A DNA stretch of 63,745 nt, counting the filler, from Choristocarpus tenellus KU-1152 (taxonomy: Eukaryota; Protista; Phaeophyceae), in assembly GCA_964200185.2 (NCBI GenBank). It is 11 parts of 11 records of this genome, joined end to end, with 100 filler letters (N's around TTAATTAATTAA, not from the genome) between each part and the next. Parts side by side here need not be neighbours in the genome. Positions count along the whole stretch, not along the records: positions 24,792 to 29,146 come from CAXNAD020014953.1; positions 29,247 to 32,139 come from CAXNAD020023851.1; positions 32,240 to 37,040 come from CAXNAD020013014.1; positions 37,141 to 41,546 come from CAXNAD020014699.1; 7 more parts are not named here. One strand, given 5' to 3'. Below the pieces are notes generated by a model. The model was not told the origin of the DNA and searched no databases. It saw only the letters and a program-made list of their open reading frames with translations. This document shows positions 27,086 to 38,363 of this stretch, piece by piece (positions within the stretch are counted from its first letter, which is position 1; every line of letters begins with the position of its first letter). The translations under genes and the position numbers were made by a program.

Positions 27086-29074
27086 AACGATAACACAGTC
27101 TCACTTCTTCAAACTAATTTCACTGTCTAGGGACACAACTCGACACCTCAACCTACGGAGAAGAGTGCAAGCAGGGAGAGTGACTGAAGAGAGGGGAATG
27201 ATGTAGTTGGGGCAGGGGGTGGGGGGGGGAACAGAAAGAGGTTAATGGCAACATAACCAGCAGGGTGAAGTTCGTCAGGGCAACCCAGGTTACTGGCGGA
27301 ATATGACGCCCAAAACAAACGGAGCAAAACGTGAGAGGGAAACAAGAGAGTGTCAATAGTAGTGGGTGGGGCTGGAGGTGATGGACTACTCTAGACTAAG
27401 GGAGGAATGGCATCAGTAATAAAATTTCAAGAAAATGTCTAGGTGACGGGGGAGGAAAAAATGGAAAGGGCACCCATTGTCTCGAATGTGACGCTTAGGT
27501 TGTTCCCAAAATTTCATTATGGTGTCATGCCCCTCTACTCTCAATTTCAGCACTCAACATTCCTCATGGGGGGCGGGAGGAGAGACAGAGGAACAAGGGG
27601 AATAATAACAAAATAATAACAATTATGACATCACAGATACGCACACATGTTGTACCGGGAGCATTCAATGATGCCCCCGCAATAATGCACTCCTGAGGAT
27701 GGGCGTGGTAGAGAGGGGTAGGGTTGATTCCCGATCTTGTATTCAATCTGGGAGAGGGCAACTTGATATTTGTGGCATCGTTTGAACAGCTAATTTTCCC
27801 AACATTTTCCTAGTCGGCAATCTATATACTTCCAAAATACAAAGTATGGTTCTGCTTGGCTAGGTCAAGAAAAACTGTTTCATGAGGTTGTCAACTATCC
27901 TTCAACACAATGGCTTAAACATAACCCTTTCAAATCATCCCTTGTATAACTGCAGGCAACTGCTTGCCTGACATCTCTCTTGTCAATGCCCATCCCGAAG
28001 GCAACGCTCCCACATACGACATTCACATCTCCCGCCATAAAGAGTTCCTAGCACAGGGGGGGTTGCCACACACAATGCACATACACGGGTACAGGAGACA
28101 TTTAAAGGCCTCAGTGCCTGCTCACACAGGCACGGACATGGGCACACATAAAATGAATACAGACACATACCCATAGGTGAGAGACACAAAAACAGGCACA
28201 AAATGCGTAAACATCAAACACAGTCTGGGCATAAGGCACACAAATAACTGTATCGTGTTGGGAGTATGAGGACAACATATTTAGGATTACTAATTACTAA
28301 TTACTAATACCGTACATATCTCTATTTGGACATGGGCTGACTTGCTGAATGCCATGGGAGCATACAGGAGCATTAAGACACGCTGACTCTAACTCCTGAG
28401 CACAAGAAAAAGTCGCCCCACCATATGCACAATTGTACACCCTCCAATGCCTCGCAAGCATTCCCAGCGCACAATAGCACTTAACTGTCCAACCTAAACA
28501 TGAGCACCATCAATATCAGCACTTGGTGTCTTACTCACGACGGAATATTTTCTGAATGCAATAGTGTTGAACTCATCCGGTGGGATAAGTCAAACCACGG
28601 CAGTGATGCCTCTCCACTACAACTGCTAAATCGGAAGGCATTTAACTTGTCAAGAATGCCCTAAACACACCTGGGAATCACATCGCTCAGCAACAATCTT
28701 CTTGTCATGGTAAGACATTGCACGGATAGCAATGCCCTGGGATTCACCACTTCCTTGCCTCAGTTTGACGTTGAGTTCTTGTGCCAAATCCTCAGCTGTG
28801 TCCCTCTGTTGCTAGCAGGTACACCATGCGGAGGCAGGGTTGCACAGGCAGGCCGGGATGGGGGGGGTTGGGTATATGGGAAAGTGCCTATTTTATGATA
28901 CTATCATTGTGTCTGGTAGAGAAACCTGTTAGAGGCATCGCTCAGTAAGTCTGGCAATTGCACACTAGTGTGAGAGAGTTAGGTGTTACAATGTTGAAGT
29001 TGGAGTATATGTCTACCTCAGTGTATCTACAGTATGTACCTCTTGTGTGTGTGTGTGTGTGTGTTTGTGTGTGT

Positions 29075-29146
29075 GAGTGAAAGTATCTTAGAGGGTACGA
29101 GTTTTGCCCTGTTTGTCCACTTGGGGCTTGGCTTCCCACAGGCGTT
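29075..29146. mobile_element. MITE family C end, truncated by linker
   Basis: GAGTGAAAGTATCTTAGAGGGTACGAGTTTTGCCCTGTTTGTCCA is near-identical to the ends at 30441 and 34281. Confidence 0.8.
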
Positions 29147-30184
29147 NNNNNNNNNNNNNNNNNNNNNNNNNNNNNNNNNNNNNNNNNNNNTTAATTAATT
29201 AANNNNNNNNNNNNNNNNNNNNNNNNNNNNNNNNNNNNNNNNNNNNTGATTCCATTGCACTTCAAGAAGGGCCAAGCCAGGCGTCAACCCCTTAACCCCT
29301 TTTCCTAGCCCCCTACCTCCCTTCCCCTCAACCACCCCACTCCACACCTTCACACTCCATCAAACTTACGTCCAACCATATGTCCAATATTAATCTGCAC
29401 ATGGCAGGCCACAAACCTTCTCATTGATGGCCCTCCTCTCATGGCAGACAGTCCTTCCAGACCTGCCGGACTGTTGGTGTGTCAAGAACTTCAGGTGGAG
29501 ATTTTCGCGGATTATGGCGTCTTTTTTGGTTGCCGCTACATTTGCCCTCTTCAAGTCAGCCACACTGTCCGCCTTATTTATTTTAGGTACGCCCAACCCA
29601 GATGGTAGCCATCACCATCGCCACCGTAGCCCCAGAGAGTGGCCACCATTTCCCAGAAGGGAGGGTCCAAAATAGGAGGAGGGAAGGTAGAGGGATGTGG
29701 ATACAGGCCATTAGGGTGTGGTTAAGAAAGGAATCAGTGCTATGTTCTTAGATTTTTTTCAAGTATCTGTGTTGGCAGGATTTGGTAGTTGAATTGTAGC
29801 CTTGAGATTTCTTCCTTTGAGGTAGGATTGAACAGTATGTTTGGGAAATAGATCTCAACTACTCAAGTGTACTCGGCATTTCTTATATTTTAAGTCAAAT
29901 TGGTGCGCCTTGGAAAGGGTTAGCGAAGAGTTGCATGCTTTCACTAGAGCAGCTTGTCATATGTATTATGTATTCAAGAGACTTTTTCTTCTATACATGC
30001 CAAACAGTATTGCAACTTAGCTCCTGAGACAAGGAACTTTGTTCATGGAGTGCATTCTTTAAAAACTGTGTAGGATCTCATATCCTCTTGGTTTGGAAAC
30101 ACACGCATATTCAAAGGCAAGACAAGAAAGTTAGCACCAAATGTGCTTGTAACTTCAATGTTCCTTCCCCTTCCACTGATGAAC

Positions 30185-30441
30185 GAGCCAAAGTATCTTT
30201 GAGGGTAGAGCCGCGTCCATTTGGGACCAAAATCCAATGTTGCGATTTCGATGTAAAATTGACTATCGTGTTTGTTAGGAAGTGTCAATATCCTTGTTCC
30301 GAACACACCTTTTCATAAGGTACACATTTTATGTATTCCGAAACATTTTGGAGTAGGAAAATGTCATAAAAACCTCCAGAAAAACCAAACCACAAATGGA
30401 CAAACAGGGCAAAACTCGTACCCTCTAGGATACTTTCACTC
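30185..30441. mobile_element. Complete MITE (family C), 257 bp
   Basis: Imperfect TIRs GAGCCAAAGTATCTTTGAGGGTAGAG and GAGTGAAAGTATCCTAGAGGGTACGAG (reverse complement). Flanked by a direct repeat GAAC at 30181-30184 and 30442-30445. Confidence 0.85.
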
Positions 30442-31341
30442 GAACATTACCTGCCAAGTACCACCTTCGGAAAAGAGATCCATGATAAGGGTGCTCCACA
30501 CCCCTGCCACCTACAGACCACAATTCAATTTCATGACCCTGCTTTCACCAAGTACTACACCCCTCCTGTCCCAAACATGCTTGCAGTCTTGATCACTGCA
30601 AGTGCCAAAATCTAAATCCAAGATACGAGTGCCCAACTTGAACAAATAGACTCTGTTTCGAACCCAAGAACTGTCAGACCAGTCATATCCCCGTCTAAAA
30701 CGGGGTCAACTTACCCGGGCATTTCGCAGCAGACACTGCCCCTGAGATGGAGAACATGCATGCTGCCAAGTCTGCCGTATGCTCTGGTGCCCCTCCTTTT
30801 GCTGTTCCTCTTCGTCTTTTCCCACCTTGGTCATATGTCTCTCAATTCGATCAATTCGAGACATGAGAAACCTTGTCTTAGCCTGATTATGTGTACAGGT
30901 TGAAAATGTGTGTTGTGAAGGTGGGCGAGGAGGGTAGCGACCCACAGGAAGGAGGCAAGGGGACTGAGGGGGTTGGTCAGTCAAAGGTCCACGCAATGGA
31001 GGAGCGTTGGCTAATACTACAAATGTTCGGGGGGAGGGGGGGTACGCGATATATGGCACTTAGGGTTAGGGAGGAGTAGTTCAGAAAAAAGAGGGAAGGG
31101 GGGGTGAGAGTAAAGAGAAGGGTGCCTTAGCAGAGCAAGGTGCTGGATGCCAGGGATATGTTCCATTCTACTGAAGCATGTAGTCCGACTAGCGCAGGTA
31201 AAGTTGAGGATTTGGGCTGATGGCACCTTACACATGCCATACAATGGACTACATAGGCAAAAGGAAGGTTGAAGGAAGTCACAGTACATTCATATTCATC
31301 CATCGTATTGATTCTGTATCAAAGGATACTATTATTTTCGT

Positions 31342-31612
31342 GGACCATAGTATCCTAGAGGGGGGGTGTATTTAGAGAAAGTGGTTCATGGGGCTTGATG
31401 GGGTGCTGTAGGATACCCCAGATTTGATGCCCGTTTTTCTGGTGACTTTTCTTTGGATTTGGTCTAGGGTTAGGGGGGGATAAAAGGAAGGTGCGATAAA
31501 ATGAAGGAAGATTCTCCTACATATGACACCATGACTAACATTACATGACATCAACACAAGGTTACACAGGCCCCAAATGGACGCCTGCCCCCCCGTCTAA
31601 GATACTATTATT
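31342..31612. mobile_element. MITE family D (related TIRs), ~270 bp
   Basis: GGACCATAGTATCCTAGAGGGGGGG ... GGCCCCAAATGGACGCCTGCCCCCCCGTCTAAGATACTAT: inverted ends plus the same subterminal GCGTCCATTTGGG motif. Confidence 0.6.
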
Positions 31613-32036
31613 GTAGTTTGTCAGACAAAAAAAAAAGTATGTGGTGAGGTAGAGTAACGCTACCAACACTGTCAGCGTGTTGCTGGTGGAGGCGGTTGCA
31701 TGACTGCAGAGGTGTTGTGTGGAGAGAATTGAGGAGGGTATCCTGAGAAACCTCTGAAGGACCTTAAGGAGGGTTCCAGAACAAGGTTATTGACACCACA
31801 CCCAAACCTAATTGTTTGCCCCCACCAGCTCCCCACCTACAGCTCTACACCTGATCCTGAACTTGACCTAGTCTATACACCCCAAAAAATCGTTGATCAA
31901 ATTTCGCCTCACCTTGAGTTCCCGCCACTCTCTGTGTAAGCGATTGTCCTCCCCCGTCTGAATAATGACTTTCAGCCAAAGACTCTTGGCCTTGTCCATC
32001 TCCCTTGCGAGCCCCTCACGGATCTGTTCTATTCGC

Positions 32037-32087
<51 letters not shown>

Positions 32088-32239
32088 ACAACGCGAGGGG
32101 GGCGCAGAGCGCCAACAAGAAAAAAAAAAAAAAAAAAAANNNNNNNNNNNNNNNNNNNNNNNNNNNNNNNNNNNNNNNNNNNNTTAATTAATTAANNNNN
32201 NNNNNNNNNNNNNNNNNNNNNNNNNNNNNNNNNNNNNNN

Positions 32240-32344
32240 TCGGTCGCACGTGTCGGATTTTAAATTTCAAAAAAAAAAACGTTGTTTGCCCGAAACGGAC
32301 GCCCCCTCACAAACCCCCCCCCCCCCCCCAAGATACTTTGATCC
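32240..32344. mobile_element. MITE family A right half, at a segment start
   Basis: CACGTGTCGGATTTTAAAT...GTTGTTTGCCCGAAACGGACGCC...C(n)AAGATACTTTGATCC overlaps the 3' part of the 10110 copy and supplies the second TIR. Confidence 0.75.
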
Positions 32345-32555
32345 TCAATGCTCTGTATTTATTTGTATTAAAACCGTGTACAAACCAGCTCTCAATAGTG
32401 GTCCCATCAACATTAGTACACAATATTCTTTATTTATTTGCATTCAAATTTTGTACAAATCAGCTGTCATTAGTGGTCCCACCAACTTCACCCCTCAATG
32501 CTCTGTATTTATTTGTATTGAAACAGTGTACAACCAGCTCTCAATAGTGGTCCCA
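32343..32555. repeat. Tandem repeat of ~75 bp, three copies
   Basis: CCTCAATGCTCTGTATTTATTTGTATT...TGTACAAACCAGCTCTCAATAGTGGTCCCA at ~32343, ~32418 (diverged) and ~32493. Confidence 0.8.
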
Positions 32556-32854
32556 CAGCTAAGGAAGTGCTCTTCTTGAGACAGGTATTGGAGTTTGTAA
32601 ACCTGAAGAGGACTACTAGCTGCACCTTGATGTAAGAGGACAATGAGGGGGCAGTGAAGCTGTCGGGAAATTCAATCGATGGGTTTAGGACAAAGCATAT
32701 TGATGTACGCCACCATTTCCTTGGACAGTTTGTTAGGGACAAGATTATAGAAGTTGTGCATGTGGGATCTGAGGAGCAACATGCGGATTTTCTCGCCAAG
32801 CCTCTCACTCGCGACAGCTTTATGTACCATGTGAGGACTGTGATGGATTTCTGA
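32556..32854 (+). pseudogene. Ty1/copia LTR-retrotransposon pol remnant (RNase H C-terminus)
   Basis: AKEVLFLRQVL...LM*EDNEGAVKLSGNSIDGFRTKHIDVRHHFL...IIEVVHVGSEEQHADFLAKPL is the classic copia RNase H (DN..A; RTKHID.R.HF; Q.AD.LTKPL), with an in-frame stop. Confidence 0.92.
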
Positions 32855-34280
32855 TGATTTGATTCTTCAGGACGAGGGGCATGAGGATTTGAAGTGAAGC
32901 CAGGGTAAACCTAGGATCAGGGTTGCGTTGTGATGGAACATTGTAAGTGCACAGTAAGAGAGGATGTTCGCATAGGGACATGTGTTGTAGTACTGTAGAC
33001 ACTCAACATTGCTATTAGTATACATAAACTAATAAATATATTTGAAACAATATAGTGCAACTAGAATGATTCATGAGTGTTGGAAAGGAATGTTAGAAAG
33101 TTGTGATGTTCGAGTAATGGTCTAGGAAATATATTGTTTGGTAGCTTCTAAGATTTCTGCTAGGATTATTGTGGAGGGAAGGACAACACCCCCACTTATG
33201 GATAGGAGACTCACTCTTCGCTGTAAACTTAACAAACGCACATTCTACCTCATCTTCTTCTTGGTGAAGCAGCATACTCTTTGGTAGCGTGCAAACAGTA
33301 TCTTGTATAAACAGAGGATCTTAGGATGGGGATATGAGGAGCAAGCGCTATACAATGTCAATAAACCGGGTGATTAGCGTTTGTAACCTGACGCCGCTAC
33401 ATGAGTATTATACGATGATTTTGATCAAGATCTGATGCGTGAAAACATGAGCGCGAGTACATGATCAAAATCAACGCAGCAGACGGTGATATCAAATGTG
33501 TCCACTGTTGAAACCTGAGTTCGTATGTGTCACGCTTGGCTGTGCTGTGGCTAGCTTGTGGCGAAGGGTGTCAAAGCACCGGTGAGTTTGTTCTGGTGAT
33601 GTGAAAGTGTTGTCGCTCATTGAGACGCTCAAATGAAAAAATGCATGCTCTGTGAAGATACTTGTCACCTTGTCTGAGAAGGGTTTCTGAGGACGTTTTT
33701 AACTCTGATAATATTACATCCCGGAGTAGAGAAGATCACAAGACGGTCCATACCTGTGCAAAAATCATCGTAAGGTGTACCTTGTTTTGCGTATGTGAGA
33801 TTATGGCACTGGATTGAGTCCGTGTATGTGTCATGTGACTAATGACATAGTACATCTGGATTGTATTTTTTTACGTATGGGGTTTGGTACTGCAATTTAA
33901 CTTCTCTGACATAACCGTAAACTTACACGTGAGGCACAAATAATAATATAAAAGCAGCAAGAAGACACCCCACAAGGTCACTCTTCTCTTCAAACATGTA
34001 ATCATATTCAGCAATGATGGGGAATCGTGTGAGGCTCCCATCTCTTCTTCTATCTTCTTCCATAATGACACAAACAAACAGCAGCCTAAATTTGCACAGG
34101 TTAAGAGCCTCAGCGGTATGGAGAACGACGTGAAGAAGTTGCCCAACTGAATCACCCTGGACTGGAGCACCAGGACGACCAATGCAGATCTGGACAACAT
34201 AGAGATTATCTGTATGTAGCGGGTTACGCCAGTGGAAAGGGTCTGTATGACATTCTGCGGCGAAAATGCGTAGTCCCTGA

Positions 34281-34520
34281 GAGTGAATGTATCTTAGAGG
34301 GTACGAGTTTTGCCCTGTTTCTCCATTATTTGAGGCTTGACTTCCCATTTATTTGATGACATTTTCCTACTCCAAAATGTTTCAAAGTGGGTAATGTATA
34401 CGTTATGAAAAGGTATGTCCAGAATAAGGATATTCACACTTACTAACAAACACGATAGCCAAAAATACATCAAAATCGCAACATTGGACTTTGACCCCAA
34501 ACGGACTTTGGCTCTGACTT
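34281..34520. mobile_element. MITE family C copy (opposite orientation to 30185), immediately upstream of the mariner remnant
   Basis: GAGTGAATGTATCTTAGAGGGTACGAGTTTTGCCCTGTTT... is colinear with the reverse complement of 30185-30441. The second TIR is degenerate. Confidence 0.8.
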
Positions 34521-34553
34521 CAAGCGTCCCTGAATACCAGGGTTGCGTTTGCA

Positions 34554-35800
34554 GTGCGGCACGCTCTCGCGATGGTCCCTGGTGAGCATAAACTGCCGCG
34601 ACACGTTGGGCCGGCCCTCGCAGCGGACTTTGGAGTGTCCCAGCGTTACATGCAAGGGCTCTGGGAGGACGTCGCCAATCAGCTCGCCCATGGCCACACT
34701 CTTGACCTAGGGGTGGTGGCACGTAGTGAGGCGTCCTTCGGAGCTCGCACAAACCAAGATGGCCGCAATACACAGTATCAACTCCGATAATCGGTCATCC
34801 ACAGTGTGTCTGGTGATAATGAAGATGGCCGCCAAGGGGCTGAATTGTAGCACGAGCACCATAAACAGGTGGTTGGGTGATATGGGGTCCATGCCGAATC
34901 GCCGCTGGATCAAACCCAAGCTTAAATCGTGGCAAAAGGTATGGAGAATGGACTTTGTTTGTGAGCAAGTGGACCGGAAACGTGATGTGTACGCCTCCAT
35001 GGCGAACACGATCCACGTGGCTGAAACCTGGTTTTACGTGATGGCTGATGGGGAAAGGATTAAGGGTATTTCAGCATGAGGATGAAAGCGACCTTCCAGG
35101 GTCCCCTACTGTGCAGCACAAGAGTCATATCCACAAAACTACGAACATTGCAGCCAACGTCCGCCCAGATTCGGCTCACAGGTTTGATGGAAAGCTTGGT
35201 GTTTGGCGTGTGTGTGCGCCAAAAACGGCATAGAGGACAAGCAAGAACCATAAAAGGGGGAGTGTGTATGAGCAGGACTGTACTTTAGACCATTTTTGGT
35301 ACAGGAAGTGGTACATGGAGGAGTTACTGCCTGCAATCAAGACCAAGATGCCTTGGTTGTAGGGGAAGTACGTTGTCGTTCAGCAAGACGGTGCCCTAAC
35401 CCACACAGGCAAGGGCAACTCAGAAATCTTGTCAGGAGCAGGGAAGACTGAAGGGTGGTCGATTAGGCTTGTGACTCAGCCATTTAACACCCCCAACCTC
35501 AATATTATTGACCTGTGCTTCTTCAGATCTTTGAAAAGCCAGGTGATTGAGGAGCGGTTTGGGTCCATCGAGGAGATGGTGAAGGTCATTAAGAAACAGT
35601 ATGAGGAGTACGATGAAACCACACTTGAGAGGGCTTGGAAGCTCCTTTTTGTGGTGTACAATCAAGTACTTAGATACAAAGGGGGCAATGACTTCAGTGT
35701 GGAGCATACGGGGGTAAGGAAGAGGCAGTTGTCTGGTGAGCTTGAAAACATGCTGAAGGTAGACATGGGTGCTTTTTCTTTGGCTGATAAAATTGTGATG
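34554..35800 (+). mobile_element. Decayed Tc1/mariner transposase of the plant-mariner (DD39D-related) type
   Basis: Frameshifted fragments occur in the expected order: HTH LAADFGVSQRYMQGLW; STSTINRWL...IKPKL; TIHVAETWFY (HVDEKWFY with the first D mutated); VQHKSHI...AANVRP...FDGKLGVW; QQDGALTH...IRLVTQPFNTPNLNIIDLCFFRSLKS; GGNDF. It carries several frameshifts and a stop near 35359. Confidence 0.9.
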
Positions 35801-36082
35801 GGTTGTAGATATCTTGGTCCTTACTGTACCAACTCAGTTGCCCTCACTCCCAGAATAGTAACACATACACATACACACACACATACACCCAATTCTACCT
35901 GTACCTTCACTCAAACTCCCATCTGTTGGGGTCAAGACAAAATAGTCAACTTCCTCTATGTTGTATGAAATTCCACATATTGCTTCCGGCCCCTTTGTAA
36001 TTACTTGTCATGAGAGGGCACAGTTGGTCCTCTGCTGTACTTGACTGCAGCACACTCAATCACCGCATCCTCCATTCCTTAG

Positions 36083-36254
36083 CCTCAGTATCTGGGAAGG
36101 AGTGGCTGCTGTCCATTTGGGGCCAACTTTTTTATGTCACGATTTTTGTGTGTTTTGGTTGCATATGCCAGATGGATAATGTATGTGCACCTTTCCTGGT
36201 TATGATCCAAATGGAAACCCTGGTGTAGACCCCCCCCCCCAGATACTTTGGCTC
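36083..36254. mobile_element. MITE family B, ~170 bp
   Basis: AGTATCTGGG...GTCCATTTGGGGCCAA...GGTGTAGACCCCCCCCCCCAGATACTTTGGCTC. The interior is closely similar to 47037-47220. Confidence 0.8.
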
Positions 36255-38141
36255 GTAACCAAAGATCACTCCTCTTGCCATTTAAGCTGTGCATGAGAGT
36301 ATGGGGGGTAATTTGGGTGGTGTACCTGACCTCCCACTCTGTTTGCATTAACCCACTGCTCGAAGTGTGATGAGGTCTCTCTTGTCACGTAAGGGAGTGG
36401 AGTTTGTAGGCAATCGTCCCGACGAAAAGTACTGCTTTTGTGACCTACTTTCTGCCGCTCAAGTAGTGAGCATCATGTAGATGTGTGGGATTAAAGACTT
36501 CCCTTCATTGCACATTTAGAAGAGTAGAAAACGTTTATGATGGAGGTTGCAAGATCCTCACTCTAATTGATGCTCCTGCAAGGTCAGGTATGTGAGTAGG
36601 GTGGTTGGCGCTTCATTTGTATTGCTCTGTTGCAAACATTTGGTGAAGATGCTCTTCCTTTCTCTCCTTCGAACCTCGTGCACCGAAATACTCTTGTGTG
36701 CTTGGTCCCTGCACCTCATGTCATAGTCATTTCTGTATGCCTTGTCTACAGAATCCCCCCTGATACACACAAATAACGGTGTTGAGCAATCCTGATGAGG
36801 AAACGAACAGAGGGGTGTGTGCCTGGATGGGCAATCCTGAGGGGACTGTGCTGGGGGAAAGGGAAGGAAAAGACTTTCCACTAAGCAGTAACAGTGAGTG
36901 CTTGAGTCACACCAGGAGGAATGACTCAGGGGGGGTTATGCCTGGGGGAAAAGGTGAGAAGCTCCACCTCCTAGCAGCCACAGTTAACAGAGGATTTTCA
37001 AAATTGGGGATGGAGCGGGACTACGAGGATGGTTGTTTTGNNNNNNNNNNNNNNNNNNNNNNNNNNNNNNNNNNNNNNNNNNNNTTAATTAATTAANNNN
37101 NNNNNNNNNNNNNNNNNNNNNNNNNNNNNNNNNNNNNNNNCACAGCAAAAACGCCATTGTTGATGACATAAAAACCCATGTTCGCAGGAGAAACTCCCCC
37201 CCCCCCCCCCCACCACTCTTTAAGTAACTCCCCCATGAGAAGATGGCGAAAATCTACCTTTTTCCAGCATTTCACGCAACTCGTCTATGCTGATTCATGT
37301 TTGAAATCACTAAGCTAGAGATGGAAAAGGGTAGTGGGAACAAAAATGACGACCAAACCCCGGGTCGAGCTCCACAATAGTAACATTGGACTATTTCAAT
37401 GGCATTCAGTCACCAACACACAGCACACACTAGACGGTGAAATACTCTTAACGATAACATATGCTAGCGCAGTTCCTGACCTGGAGTTTTCATTTCCTGC
37501 TGGAAGTGATGGTACTCCTGACCTCAGCGATCGAAGGACACCCTGGTGTTGAGTGAAGGAGGGCAATTCAACCAAAATGTTCACAAAAAAAATGGGTGGA
37601 AAACCTATTTCCTGGGCATCCAGATGTCTGCCAAGGCACTATCCCTGCGTAAATACACCTTACAATTTAAAAATTTGAAGTGACTATGAAATATGCAGAT
37701 ACTAATGTGGGATATAAAGAGTGCTAATGTCCTCCTACCCTTCCACACATATCCCAAACCCCAAAATATGTCGCTTACCTGCCACCCTCCAACTCTTTGT
37801 GTTTGTCTATTCTGCGCTTCTCTCTCACCGCCCCCACCAGACCACTGTTGACTGACATCGTCCCTTGATGGCGCAGTGTCTCCCTCCCCTACCCCCATCA
37901 ACCCACTTTCTGGAGTCGCTAGTGTACCATCAGGGTGGTATTGCGGGAAAGAGGAGAGTGAGGCGGAAGGTCCCAAAGATGCTTGGGACGAATCGCACGT
38001 GAGAGGAACAGCGCCAGATTCAGCTGAAAAGGCATCGGAACTTCCAGAGATGGTCACATAACGGGCGGGAGAGGGAGAAAGAGAGTTTAGAGAGCTGAGT
38101 ATATTCTGTATACACTCACCGCTTGGGCCAAGTTCTGTAGA

Positions 38142-38363
38142 GGACATCGACATCTTCGTCCCTATTGCCTACTTCTTTGCAGCATACCCAACGTACTGAT
38201 GTTAGATATACCCATCATGCGAACATGGAGCGGGCAAGGAAGACCATCACTATAAAGGACGTCGACATCATCGTCCCTATTGTCTACTACTCTGCAGCAT
38301 ACCCAACGAAATGGTGTTATATATACCTATCATACGAACATGGAGAGGGCAAGGAAGACCATC
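38142..38363. repeat. Tandem duplication of ~115 bp
   Basis: GGAC.TCGACATC.TCGTCCCTATTG.CTACT....GCAGCATACCCAACG...CGAACATGGAG.GGGCAAGGAAGACCATC occurs twice. Confidence 0.8.

Noticed and set aside
26785-27206. Hydrophobic repeat ORFs resembling membrane proteins
   Set aside because: They are translations of the AAT-rich minisatellite.
34281-35800. Treating the 34281 TIR as the end of the mariner element
   Set aside because: The TIR belongs to a self-contained ~250-bp MITE seen elsewhere. There is no TA TSD and no matching TIR after the transposase.
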